Source of the DNA: Amoebophrya sp. A120
Taxonomy: Eukaryota; Protista; Dinoflagellata
DNA length: 64,000 bases
Assembly: GCA_905178155.1 (NCBI GenBank)
Contig: CAJINV010000005.1
Span: forward strand, 6,656,153-6,720,152
Reading direction: 5' to 3'
The position numbers and the translations under genes were made by a program. The notes beneath the pieces are model-generated. The model was not told the DNA's origin and ran no database searches. It saw nothing but the letters and a program-made list of their open reading frames with translations. This document shows positions 23,865-36,300 of the stretch, piece after piece; position 1 is the stretch's first letter; the number at the start of each line of letters is the position of its first letter.

Positions 23865-25910
23865 GAGGTCATGAAGGGTCTACTTTGGTCTCAGAAGGCT
23901 TCGATCGATGTGTCATGATGCGCGTTGAGGCCGACACTCACACTATCTACTGTCGAAAAGAGATCAGAATGATAAGAAACTCTACATAGTCGTAGAAATA
24001 GTAACTACGCCAGAGCGCCGCGAGGACCGTGAAGATGAACTGATGTGCAGTTGTCTGCTAAAGGTAAAAGAAGAAGAATAGTAGGTACTAACTCTGTCAT
24101 TTGCGAAACGCGAAGGAAGAAAACCTTGGGTGCACAAGAAGTAAGACACTTGCTAGAAAATCTTGAGTTAACGAAGTTGAGACCGCTGCGATTGCGCGAG
24201 ACTTGAAGATTTTGTGAGCTTTATTGAAGTTTAGAATTGAAACTGAATGACGCTCTCCTGCCTGGGTGGAAATCTAAGTTGATGCCAACAATTCTTGACA
24301 AATAGAATAATAAACTACCTTGTGAATAAGTACGAAAAATAAATGCATTGTAAAAATACAGCCTCCCTTTCTTTAGAAGAAAACCAAAGCGCGCCGCCAC
24401 CCTTTATTCAAGGTTGTGCGTCCTGATGCCCCTGATTTTTTATGAACTTTTGAAATTTATGCACTTGCATTTGAAGATACAGATTACCACTTGACAGAAA
24501 CAGTGGTTTCTTTTCCTTGCTGAATGTAATTGGGAGCTACGGGTAAATCTAAATTTGTCTCCACTTTGATACGAAACAAGTGACAAGGGAGGTGAATAAT
24601 ACACCTAACAAGATTTATTTCGGAAATTTTGTACAAAAAATGACCTCAAAATCAAATAGAATACCAGAAAAACAATTATCGCCCACGAGGGTGCTAGCCG
24701 CTGAAGATGACAAGGATGGGCGCAGGAGTTTCTTCATTTGATGTGGCCAGGAACCGGTTGTCTTCGTGGGTTATCGCTGACACGGCATCCTGCAAACTTG
24801 CGAGTGGCCGTAATAAGGTTCCAGGATTCCGTGTCACAGTTTTATTCCTGACAGTGTAGTCGGTGTTTCTTTCAAAAACCACGTAAGGCAATGCTGGTGC
24901 GGCAAACAATCTTGTTTTGGAGAGACACGTCGGTTTCTGTTTCGTGGTTTTGACAATTGAAGACTCCTTCAACAATAAATGCCTTGCGCCGTTCTTCTCA
25001 ATGCGCTGCAGGTCCACATCGCAGTAAGTATGTTTATCCTCACCTCCAGACAGAAATTGGCTCCCCTGTACCGTCGAGTTTTGTTCAGACATGCACGACT
25101 CCCGCGTTGGTGATTTGATTTTTACCTGTATCAATTTCTAGAACTGCACGAAAGTCAAAATGTCCGCGTCGCTTCAACATCCTTCGTCTACTTCTTTGCA
25201 CGTCGGCGCAATGAATAGCGCATCTTCCACCAGTACTACGACAGCCCGCTGCCCGGTCTGCGAATACGCCAACCGCGCAACGACGATGTGCTGCGAGTGT
25301 GCGCAGAAAGAAATTGAACTGCACGTGTTGGAAAAGCTGAAGGAAGAGAAATTTTTGTACGAACAGGAAAAAAAACAATTCAAGAAAAGACTCCAGGACT
25401 CGATGAGAAGAACGGAATCAGGGATATTCGCAGCAAATAGACGTCGAGACCCGGCTACGGACAACGCACCGGCCTCGAGAAACTTGTCAACGTCGACAGC
25501 CTCGCTGTACCGCTCTATTGAGGACTTGAAAAAAGAAATCGCGAAATTCACCACGACCTCAGAAAGGTTCCAGGATTCCGTGTCACAGTTTTACTTCAAA
25601 AGCCTCAATTTACGCACGGGGTCACAAGTCTACTTTTTGACGCGGGTTCCAGCGCAAAAACCAAAGGGCAAAGCGGGGCGGCAAGTAGGTCGTGGCAGTT
25701 GCTTCGGTTTCAAAAATCACAAACAGAAAAACTAGGGCGCGAAACATGGCGAAAAAGCGGCATCACGTGGAGAAGTAAAATGCTGGATAAAGCCGCTCGT
25801 GGTGAGGGAACAGAAAAGCACTTTTCCGGTTGTATCTAGGGGGCCAAAAATTCCTGCATGCGTGTCCACCACGCGGGCGGCCCCTGGGTGCGTCGCTGTG
25901 GTTGTCAATC

Positions 25911-26207
25911 CGCGCGAGGGGTGAAAAGGGATTGGGCGTAGCAACTCACGCCATTGCACCTTGAGCCAAAGTGCCGACATCGCAAGCTTTGACACATTGA
26001 TCTTGTAGTCCACAAGTCTCAAGTAAGTGTGTGCAGATCTGGCGCGACAGGTTTTCGGCATTCAGTGCACTGATGTCAACCTGAAGCGTCGCTTATTGAG
26101 ACTTGTGGATTATGAAATCGATGTCAAGCGTGTTGCAGTGGGGGGCTTTTGGCTCAAGGTATTGTGTCGTGACTTGTTATGCCCAGTCCCATTTCACCCT
26201 TCGCGCG
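25911..26207. repeat. Imperfect inverted repeat with arms of about 115 bp
   Basis: cgcgcgaggggtgaaa..cttgagccaaa..ccacaagtctcaa versus ttgagacttgtgg..tttggctcaagg..tttcacccttcgcgcg. Confidence 0.75.
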
Positions 26208-26433
26208 GCATGGCGGGTGCGAAATTCGCCTTGTAGCCCTTTAGTTTTCCGTCGGGAGTAGGGCTCTGCAGCATGGCCTGGTGCGCGATATCAATCCGCG
26301 CCCCATACCATGGTGGCATATTTTATTCTGGGTGGTACGCTGCAGATCTGTTCTGTAGTTGATGTCTTTGGAGGCTCGCCGACTCTGATCGCCGGAGCCC
26401 ACCCGGCGATGTGAAGCGCCATGATTTGGATCC

Positions 26434-26665
26434 GACGAACAAGGGTGGGTTAGGTTGTCTGTTTTCCAAAAAGTTCTAACCCCCGCTAGTGGGTGGGCAC
26501 TAGCGGGGGTTAGGGTCAGACGAATGTAACCCACCTTTGTTCATCCTAGAACAAATGAACAAGGGTGGGTTACATTCGTCCGAAGCTAACCCCCGCTAGT
26601 GCCCACCCACTAGCGGGGGTTAGACCTTTTTGAAAAAAAGCTGATGTAACCCACCCTTGTTCGTC
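26434..26665. repeat. Nested palindrome with flip-flop inner hairpins
   Basis: Outer arms gacgaacaagggtgggtta/taacccacccttgttcgtc; two ctaacccccgctagtg-N6-cactagcgggggttag hairpins; central hairpin. Confidence 0.9.
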
Positions 26666-27987
26666 CATGTCAAAGGAAGCAGAAAGTAAGCAGCCTGCTG
26701 AAGTCAGCAGCCGGGATGCCAGCCCCGGCGGATATGATCGGGAACGACCATGCTTCTGAAGTGCAAATACTTATGTTTGTAGAACTTTATTCGCCACGGA
26801 GTGGTCGTCTCTTAGCAGGTATCTTTCTCTTTGCTTTTGGTATTAAGATGTCGGCCCAGCAGGACTTCTAGCAACAAAGAGAGAGAGGTGGCTGGTTGGG
26901 TGGTCGGCTGGTCGAGTGTTGCCCTTCGCTCGCAATGGAGTAGTGCAAACAAAAGGACAGGGCAGCTGTTGCAGAAGCTGACCCAGAGCCAGCAGTCGAC
27001 CCCGGCAATTCAAGGCGCCGCGGGCTCTGCAGCGCTGGGAGGCCCTGTGGCGGATGAGCAGAGGCACGCCCGAAGAGGTGGATTGCCGGGCACCTATTCT
27101 GTTTCAGATTGATTCACTCAGCGCGCCCGGAGTATCTTTTGCGATGCCCTTCCGCGCGCCATTTTGAGGCAGGCAGGCGCTGCGTGCGTGAGCGTGCTTT
27201 GTAGACTGCCCGGCGTTGTGCTATGCATGTGCCTACTAGGCACTATCGTAGAAGAAGGCACATTGGCTCTACCGTAATAAGGTTCCAGGATTCCGTGTCA
27301 CAGTTTTATTCCTGAGGCAAAAATGCTTGGAGTTGGTGAATCTGTTCCCATTGAAGAAAATCGTCACTTCGAGGAGACAATCCTCTTCCAAATCTTCGTC
27401 TTCTGCGGGTTCTTACAGCAATTCTAGTATGCGAAACAATAATACCAACAATAAAACCGCGCTAGTGACAATCTCCCTGGCAAACCTCTCCGATGAGGAG
27501 TTGCACGCGTCCGGGACTAGCTTTGTCCACCAACCTCTGCGGATGAATCTGATCCAGCACATCGAGGAGGCGGTGTTGTATCTCTTCGTTTTAATCCCCC
27601 AACTCGCGAACTACCTGGACTTTGTGTTGCCGTTTGAGATGACGGTGAATTTGAAGTTGAACAACAATTTCAACGACAGTAACCAGCAGTTGAAGGGGTT
27701 GGCGAGGTTTGGCGTGCTAAGGACGAAAATGATGAATGTGGATAGAAATAAGGGAAGCAACAGCAAGACCAGTGTAGAACATCAATTGCCGACCGGTGCA
27801 GTAGCGGGAGCTGCACCATCATCTTCCAACATGACGGACAGCAGGACCACTACGACCATGTCAGCGAGCGCTGTTCATGGGCCAGGCCAGAACGACCAAC
27901 AATCAATGTCGTCGAAGCCGCCGCTTTCTTGGTCTTCCCGCACGTCCGCTTTGTTGCAGCAGAAATTGAAAAGGAAATTAAACGACG

Positions 27988-28165
27988 TATCCTGAGTAAA
28001 AACCTCCCCACCTCCCCAGAGTCAATATTGCGATTTTGCTACACAAATCACCAAGTTTTGGCTGTTTCGCATGACAAGGTTGGACTCGTAGTGTGGTGCT
28101 GTTTGAGGTAGTGCAGACGCATCGCAAATTGACTGCCTCATCCTGATTCCAGCATTACAAGCCTC
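27988..28165. mobile_element. Introner family D, 3'-truncated by rearrangement
   Basis: tatcctgagtaaaaacctccccacc..; interior similar to 8593 and 47650; right TIR absent. Confidence 0.75.
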
Positions 28166-28630
28166 CAGATAGGCCGTAATAACAAGACCGTAATAAGGTT
28201 CCAGCATTACAAGACCTTCCAGCATTACAAGACCGTAATAAGGTTCCAGGATTCCGTGTCACAGTTTTATTCCTGAGGCTTGTTTTCTCCTGTGTATTTC
28301 GACGAAGTTTATTGTAGTCGGTGTTTCTTTCAAAAAACGTAAGGAAATGCCAGTGCGGGTGCGGCAAACAATATTGTTTTCGAGAGACAATGACGTCGGT
28401 TTCTGTTCTTTCGTGGTTTTGACAATTGAAGACTCCTTCAGGAATAAATGCCTTGCGCCGTCCCTCTTAATGCGCTGCAGGTCCAGATCGAACAACTCGA
28501 AGTATGTTTTTCCTCACCTCCAGACAGAAATTGGCTCCCCTGTACCGTCGAGTATTGTTCAGACAGACACTCCCGCGTTGGTGATTCGATTTTGACCAAT
28601 ACTACCTTCTCGAACTGCACAAAAGTCAAA

Positions 28631-31600
28631 ATGTCCGTCTCGCTTCAACATCCTTCGTCTCCTTTGCACGTCGGCGCGATGAATAGCGCGTCTTCCACCT
28701 CCAGTACGACGACAGCCCGCTGTCCGGTCTGCGAATACGCCAACCGCGCAACGACGATGTGCTGCGAGTGTGCGCAGAAAGAGATTGAACTGCACGTGTT
28801 GGAAAAGCTTAAAGAGGAAAAATTTTTGTACGAACAGGAGAAGAAACAATTCAAGAAAAGACTCCAGGACTCGATGAGATGAACGGAATCAGGGATATTC
28901 GCAGCAAATAGACGTCGAGACCCGGCTACGGACAACGCACCGGCCTCGAGAAACTTGTCAACGTCGACAGCCTCGCTGTACCGCTCTATTGAGGACTTGA
29001 AAAAAGAAATCGCGAAATTCACCACGACCTCAGAAACAAGGTCCACCTCCGTCGTGGAGAAAAAGTCTTCAGAAACGACGGCGCCCTCATGTCGCAGCTT
29101 GTCAAAGCTGGAGAAACTGCGAGAAACAGTGGAAGAGAAGAAAAAATTCCTCCAGCAGAAACGGATATCAATGGAGAAAAACCAGTATTACTACCAGAAA
29201 ATGTCGGGGTTCTGTTCTTCCAGTTCTCCGACGACAACCTCATCTGGCATGATGGTCTCGTCAACAGGAGCTTCAGAACTTCTTTTTTCAAAATACCAAC
29301 ACCAACTAGATTTGAAGGAAATCAGGAGACAGAAGTGCTTGGAGTTGGTGAATCTCTTCCCGTTGAAAAAAATCGTCACTTCGAGGAGACAATCCTCGTC
29401 TTCGAAGTCCTCTTCCGCGGGGGGCTACAGCAACTCCAGTTATCCAAGAAAAAAACATTGTTAGTGTAGGATTCTCAAAAATCACCGAATTTTTTTTTGG
29501 TCGAAACAAAGAAAATTTTCAGCTCGCTGCGGTCCGCCACCTTCGAACCTGTTATGATTTTGTATGATGATTCTTAACTTGTCTAAATAGCTATAGGTTG
29601 CTTCGGTTCATTAAAACTAGTTAAGGAGGCAGGTCTCTTCGGTGGCGACGACGCGGGACGCGGACAAGCAGTGGCTCATGGGTGACCAGCCCTCTGGCCC
29701 CACCTGGGGCCAGAAGCGTACATAGCGGTAGGTGTTGAAGCGAGCCGTCAGATTCCAGTGCAGTATGCAGTGTCCTGCCTCCTTAACTAGCTAATACATG
29801 AGAAAACCGAAGCAACCTATAGCTAGACTTTTCATCAGCATTCCAAAGCAGCAAATCTAAAGTAATCCGGACTTACCTTTTTCAAAAAAAAAATCGACCT
29901 TCAGACCAAAAAAAAATTCGGTGATTTTTGAAAATCCTACACTAACAATGTTTTTTTCTTGGATACCAGTATGCGAAAGAATACCAACAAAAGTGCGTTA
30001 GTCACAATCTCCCTGGCAAACCTTTCCGATGAGGAGTTGCACGCCTCGGGAACCAGTTTCGTCCACCAACCTCTGCGCATGAATTTGATTCAGCACATTG
30101 AGGAGGCGGTGTTGTATATCCAAGAAAAAAATTGTGTAAGTGTGACTTTGTGTTGCAGAAAATGCAAAACTGTATACACTTGTCATGCTAGACATACATC
30201 AGAGCCTCTTTTCGTACGTGTTTTTACGTACTAGCTACGCATGACAGGTTTTCTCTGTCATGCAGAGTAAACTTGTGATGCTACTCCTCCAAGAAAAGTT
30301 ACACTTACACAGTTTTTTTCTTGTGATATTGTATCTCTTCGTTTTAATCCCCCAACTCGCGAACTACCTGGACTTCGTCTTGCCGTTTGAGATGACCGTG
30401 AATCTGAAGCTGAACAAAACAAGTTTCAACGACAGTAACCAGCAGTTGAAGGGGTTGGCGAGGTTTGGTGTGCTAAGGACGAAAATGATGAATGTGGATA
30501 GAAATAAGGGAAGCTGCAATAGCAAGACCAGTGTAGAACATCAATTGCCGACCGGTGCAGTAGCGGGAGCTGCACCGTCACCTTCCAACATGACGGACAG
30601 CAGGACCACTACGACCATGTCAGCGAGCACTGTTCATGGGCCAGGCCAGAACGACCAACAATCAATGTCGTCGAAGCCGCCGCTTTCCTGGTCTTCCCGC
30701 ACGTCCGCTCTGTTGCAGCAGAAATTGAAATATCCTGTGCAAAAGTATCGTACTCGTAGTAATCGCAGTCATGCACTACAAATCTCCTTCTTAACCTAAA
30801 TCCGCATTACAAAGTCCATTTTTCACGCTGAGGGAATTTCTCATGCGATTTCTATAAAATAGTACGATGCTTATGCTTTTGCAGTGCATATGAAAAGGAA
30901 ATTAAATGACGTGATTGTGGAGAAAAGTCCGGATTTTCTCGCGCAATACTGGCTGGCGAACAAAATGGACCAGAGATTGCTTAACAGTGGAACTACAATT
31001 GATGCGAGCAACGCATTACAAACTGGTCCTGCCGACGATGAAGAGGAACAAGATTTAACCTGGGAAGAGGAAGGAGACGAGGACTTGACGCAATTATACT
31101 ATCCAAACAGCAACGAGTTTGGTTGCACAGAAGATTCAGTAGTCGACCACCAGCAAGTATTAAAACGAAGTAGCGACATCGCGGACACTAAAATGTATCC
31201 AAAACATGTCGATCCGTCAACAAGTAGAAGAAGACCTCAGCGCCGTCGCACGATGAAGACATTCACCCGCGCTGCCTCTACGCTCCGCTTGGAGAATCAC
31301 CGGGTCGTCACCACGGACTACGCAACCACGATGCTGTTACTACGGGAAAATTTACGGATGCTGGCGAAGCGGCAAGGGATCAAAGTAGTGTGGGGGAAAG
31401 AGCAGGAAGAGCAGCAGAATGTTTTATCGAATGTTGCGAAAAGTACTAGGTCGACCTCCGGGAGGAAAAGCGGTTCCTCGGGCGCGGGAACAGCAACAGT
31501 GACACCGACGTCCGATAAGCTGTATTTACGAAAAATGATGAAGCAGGAAGGTACTGGTAGCAAGGAAGCCGACTACCTGATCAATACTTCTCCGACCAAC

Positions 31601-32515
31601 AAACGGCACCAGCAGCGTGAGCAGTCTTCAGAACGACAAAACAAACGGCACCAGACGGATACAAGTACCGCCGAAGATGTTGAACAAGATCAGCAGCAAA
31701 ATATGATCCCTGCTAGTAGAACATCAAGTACCTCCTTTACGCCTTCGTCTCTGAAAAATCTTTTCAAACAAACAGGAAGTTCCGTCCTGCAAAACACCTC
31801 CTCTGCCCTGCAGAGCATCTTCGGAGCGACTCCACCGTCAGCTGAGGGGAAAATCGTAGGGCCAGCAACCACAACTGGGAGCGCCTCTTCGGAGGTGGCC
31901 GCTGAGGCAGTCAGTTCTGGTCGGAGGACGTCGAGCAATTACACACCGTCCCCGCCAGGCGCGGTGGGTGGAACAACTACAGCCGCTGCTAGTAGCGCCG
32001 CTTACACCACGCCGGTACGCGGCGGAGGTGGTTCTGCGGGACAGCTGCTTGCACCTTCAGCCGGCTTTCACAGCCAGGAGGAAGAAATGGAACCACAACC
32101 CGTGATAGAAGAGGATGCGAGTTTGCTGTGGATGCTGATGCAGATCATCAATGCGCGGGAATTGGGGTGTCTGCACCCAGGAAGTTCTACTAGCGCGTCT
32201 AGGACTCTGATAGCAGCAGCAGCAGCAGCAGGGCAATCACTCGCACCAGAACATCAAGCAGCGACATCCCGCGAAGTAGACACTGTGTATCCGGAGAGAA
32301 GACTGTTCGCGTCAGCTTCGAAGGACGGGACTGGAGAAGCGGAAATAAAGAGTGATCATGGGAATGGGAAGGATTCCGCGGATGCTCGTCATACAACAGG
32401 TGAGTCGAAGAGTAGAACTACAGTGGGTAATGTTCTTTCTCATGCTAGACAGGATGTGGACCAAGACGAGTCTCCACCGTTGATCTCTGGATCATCCGAA
32501 TGGACCATGTTGTGA
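28631..32515 (+). CDS. ATG14/Vps38/UVRAG-family (PI3K class III subunit)-like protein; three introners; in-frame TGA at 28880
   Basis: N-terminal CPVC..CCEC, coiled coil, ELVNLFPL, EAVLYLFVLIPQLANYLDFVLPF and MLLLRENLRMLAKRQGI resemble this family (recalled, no search run); frame restored across 29441, 30117, 30731. Confidence 0.62.
29441..29965. mobile_element. Long (525-bp) family C-related introner with about 60-bp TIRs and internal inverted repeats
   Basis: TSD ccagt/ccagt; empty site in paralog at about 27424-27428. Confidence 0.92.
30117..30328. mobile_element. Introner family C
   Basis: TSD ttgta/ttgta; empty site in paralog at 27576-27580. Confidence 0.92.
30731..30890. mobile_element. 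Introner family B
   Basis: TSD tgaaa/tgaaa; empty site in paralog at about 27967-27971. Confidence 0.92.
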
Positions 32516-32529
32516 TCACACAGGTTACC

Positions 32530-32738
32530 TATCCAAGAAAAAAACGTTGTTAGTGTAAATTTGTGATGCGGAACATGCAAGATGATTGCGTCTGTCATGC
32601 TTGGCATGCATTGTAGGGTCCACTAACAGGCGTTTTCACTTAGTATCTGCGCATGACAGGTTTTTGCTCTCATGCCAGACAGATTTGTAATGCTGTTCCT
32701 CCAAAAAAGTTACACCTACAATGTTTTTTTCTTGGATA
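32530..32738. mobile_element. Introner family C, in 3' UTR just after the stop
   Basis: TIRs; degenerate TSD ttacc/ctaca. Confidence 0.82.
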
Positions 32739-33309
32739 CTACATTGCCGCGCAATAATCTTCACTGTTTGCTACTTCAAAACCCGTAAATGCACCGTCGG
32801 CGCAAGTTGTACAAGTAGAAGCAATACTAGAAGTGACCACCTGGTGCAAGTGCAAGTCTTGCTCTCTCTCCTTTTTCGCACCGCGATGTGTTCGTTTGGA
32901 AATTATTGGTGTCGATTTCACCCAAGACTTGTTTCGACTGCCGAAAAAATTACGCGACTCTCACTAGAACGCGAACGTGAAAAATAAAGAACGCGAGGCT
33001 GTAGATCTTTTTCTTGTGACATCTTGTCGTGACGCTCCGGATGAGGTTTTTTGTCGATCAATGATGTTGGAGGAAGTGGAGCAAAAACACCCGCTCCGCA
33101 ATAAAGATCCTGATGCGTATGAAAAAGTACTGTCGCTCTTCAATCGACGCGCAATGCCTGTGGTCGAAGTAGTGCGAAGATGGTACTACTATGGTATTGT
33201 TAATGGCATCGTGCTGGAGTTTCTTTTCCGTAGTTTCTCGCGAGTGTGAATTAGTTTCCGCAAAAACTAGAGTTGTTGTATTAGAAAGACAACATCAACA
33301 GCTATCAAA

Positions 33310-36300
33310 ATGCCGGCAGCTGCAGCGGGATCCTCTTCATCTGCCAGCGCAGGAGCTGCCGCGACCTCTAACGGAGCTAAGGCGACCAGCTCGACGAAGT
33401 TAGAAACGGCGAGCAACTCACGGACCCTGCGGATCCAATGCGGGGACAAACTTTTCGACTGGTTTGACGTGGATGAGGAGCAGGAGATCGTATTTTTTTG
33501 TGTTTTGCTTGTGAACAATGATATCCGTGCATGACAAAACACTCAGATGATGCAAATTTTGCATTACAATCTTATCAACACCAAAAAAGCCATGAAACAA
33601 ATCAACAGATCTCCGCCCCCGACGTGCTGAAAATCCTGAAGGAAAACGTAGCGCACTACTTCAAAGTCCCCGTGTATCGCAAGAAAAATCTGTTTCACTG
33701 TGAACTTGTGACGCAGAGAATGGAGCACAGAACGATTTGTCTTGCTGCTCCTGCATAGAGCATTGGAGTTTCAAGCGTGCTTGCCCCTATGGGAAATGCG
33801 CACATGGCAAATTTTCTGTGTCATGTGTATAGAAACTTGTAATGCAGATCTTGCAAGATGATCATCACATTGAAACAGTTTTTTCGTGGGATACAGTGGA
33901 AAACCAGGTTCTTTTTGACGAAGAAGGTGTGATTGCGACGAAAACGGACCTACGCAGATCCTTCAAAATGTCCGGGAAGCCCAGGGTTGTAGTTGGGGAG
34001 AAAGGGAAGTTAACGGCAGACCAGGGGAAGCTCTGGTCGGAATTTCTCACGGACATGGAACGACTGATAGTCCCGCCACCCGCGCCCATGAGCGGATCTT
34101 TTGCAACGGCAGCAGTTTCGGGGGGAAGTAGTACAACTGGGGCACAGGGGGCAGCACAAACTACGGGAACGGCCGGTGGTGCTAGTACTGGTGCCGCTGC
34201 AGGGACGAACATTAAGGAGCTGAGTACTGCATGTTTTTTCTTTGTATACCAGAGAAAAACAAGCCTGCATTCGTGGTTGTGGTGATGAGTATTAGTTCTA
34301 AATTCGCATAGCATCAATATCAAAAAATTTTCCTCTTCCTGGTTCCAACCAGCCGAGCTGATCACGAAGCAACTCGCACCCTTCGGCCGGTCTTCCTCCC
34401 ACCGCAGTTCGCCATTTGGAGGTGGTCCAGGCAGTTTTCAAGTGGACATGAGCGGCCGGGCGAGGTCACTCACGCCGCAAGTCCGAGGCTCCGCCGGCTT
34501 TATGACCGGGCAGTACTCTCGGGGGGTGAGTCCGCAGCCAGGTATGGGGTTTTGTTGGAATAATCTACAACGGTAGGGGAATTTTCGTACTGCTTTTCTT
34601 GAAAGGGAGGACTTGAGCTTGACAAGAAAAAATGTACATCCAAAAAATATGACTCAAGGTTCCCTCAGCAATGCTTACAGCCTGATTCAACCTGGTGTTG
34701 CTGGGTTGGTTTCGCCCATGATTACCAGTAACTCTTTGAGAAATGGGCTGGCCGGGAGTATGAACAATCCGAGCAATCCCGGATCCGCTGTGAAGCAGCT
34801 GTCCGGGTCTGCAGCTGGAGGAGGACCTAGTACAGGGACTACGACCACGGGCGCAGGAGCTTTCCCCGGGTTGGTGAGCGGCAACGGTGTAAGTACAGCG
34901 ACGGCACAACATCAGACGGTACCGCAGCTAAGCAATGGAACTGCGGTCATGGGGGCGACCAGTGTAGTGCAGCCGGGTGCTGGTGCGACAACCGTTCCAG
35001 CAGGAACGACCACGAGCAGTACGACATCCGGAGCTGCTGCTGCTGCTTCTACACACAGCAGGGTTCTCACCACCTCCTCCCTCACGGCCCCGCAGCCCAC
35101 TTCCCACCACCAGCAACTAGCCTCTCCACAGGTTGGCCGGACCTCAAATGTTACGCAACCTGGGTCAGGTGGACTACAAGCTCAGTTCCAAGTACAACAA
35201 CAGTCTGGAACTACAAGCAGCAATACCACCCCAGCTGTCGGTACAAACGGCGTAGCCCCTGGTGCGCCGGTTGTCACCAACACCAAATTCGTCACGAACT
35301 CCTACAATTTGCAACTGCAGATGCAGCAACATCAGATGGCGCAGCAGCAGCAGCAGCATAATACGACGACAGGGGTACACGTACAAAGGACACAGAGTGG
35401 AGGTCAACAGCAGCAGAATCTCCAGACCCAATACCAACCACACCAAACGATGATCCCAACCGCTGCCCCTCAACCAGGCGGCCCAACAGCAACTTCCACT
35501 TTCTCCTCTGGCATCCGCCGGGCCGCGACGACGGGGTCTACCACCCCGGTGCAACTGTTTGGCAACACAAATAATAGTTCGGGGCAACAGCAACATCCAG
35601 TTGTAGCAACAACCACCACTACAACCAACATGGGAGCTGGAGCTCCTGCACCCATGAACCCGACCGCTGCTTCCTGCGCGGCGCAGCAATTGGCGTATCA
35701 ATTTCGGTCCAGCATGGGGAGCAACGCGGCGGGGATGAACGGTGCCAGCGCGTTCGGGGGTGGTGGTCCTGTTGCCAGTATGAATTCCCCGTTTGTGTTC
35801 TACCCCCAGATCGGTTCTACCCCCAGCGCGGGCGGAAGTGCGGCGGCGCCGGTTGGAACATCAACTGGTGGGAACAACAGCGGGAGTGGAACGTCGATAG
35901 GAGCGCAGCACATGACTATACCGCAGACGAGTTTCAGCATTCACTCTCTGAGCAACAGCACTGCGACAAACGCAGGGGGAAGTGCAGTTGTAACGGGAGC
36001 AGCAGGAGCTGGAGCAGCAGCGCCCATGATTCCGAAAACCTCGTTCTCCACCGGATCAAATTCGGCTCTGGCGAGTCTCCTGAACCCTTCTGGAACAAGC
36101 AACTTTGGTGGATCTAGTACTGCCATGGGTAGTTGTAATACTAAAAACGCCTCGGCGGCGTACAACATTCAGCCTGTGGTCAGTGGGAGTACTAGTGGGA
36201 CTAGTACTTCATCGCAAATTCTGCTGAGCAACCAAATGAGTGCAGCAGGAGCAGGTGGCGCGGCAGTGGGGGAACATCAAGTAATTGTAGAGCAGCCCGG

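Larger units (their letters stand above)
25160..27987 (+). pseudogene. Broken duplicate of the ATG14/Vps38-like gene (fragments 25160-25564 and about 27316-27987)
   Basis: Highly similar to 28631-29036 and to 29324-30911 minus introners; middle replaced by unrelated DNA 25565-27315; 3' truncated. Confidence 0.85.
24808..28276. repeat. Dispersed 44-bp sequence CCGTAATAAGGTTCCAGGATTCCGTGTCACAGTTTTATTCCTGA at rearrangement junctions
   Basis: Full copies 24808-24851, 27272-27315, 28233-28276; partial copies 25564-25593, 28174-28182, 28188-28204. Confidence 0.9.

Noticed and set aside
24808-28276. CRISPR array from the 44-bp repeat
   Set aside because: Spacing is irregular (about 0.7-1.7 kb), the context is eukaryotic and there are no cas genes.
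28880-28882. Stop-codon reassignment as reported for one Amoebophrya strain
   Set aside because: The long ORFs are stop-free under the standard code, TAA/TAG/TGA all end genes, and this TGA aligns with Arg (AGA), not Trp.
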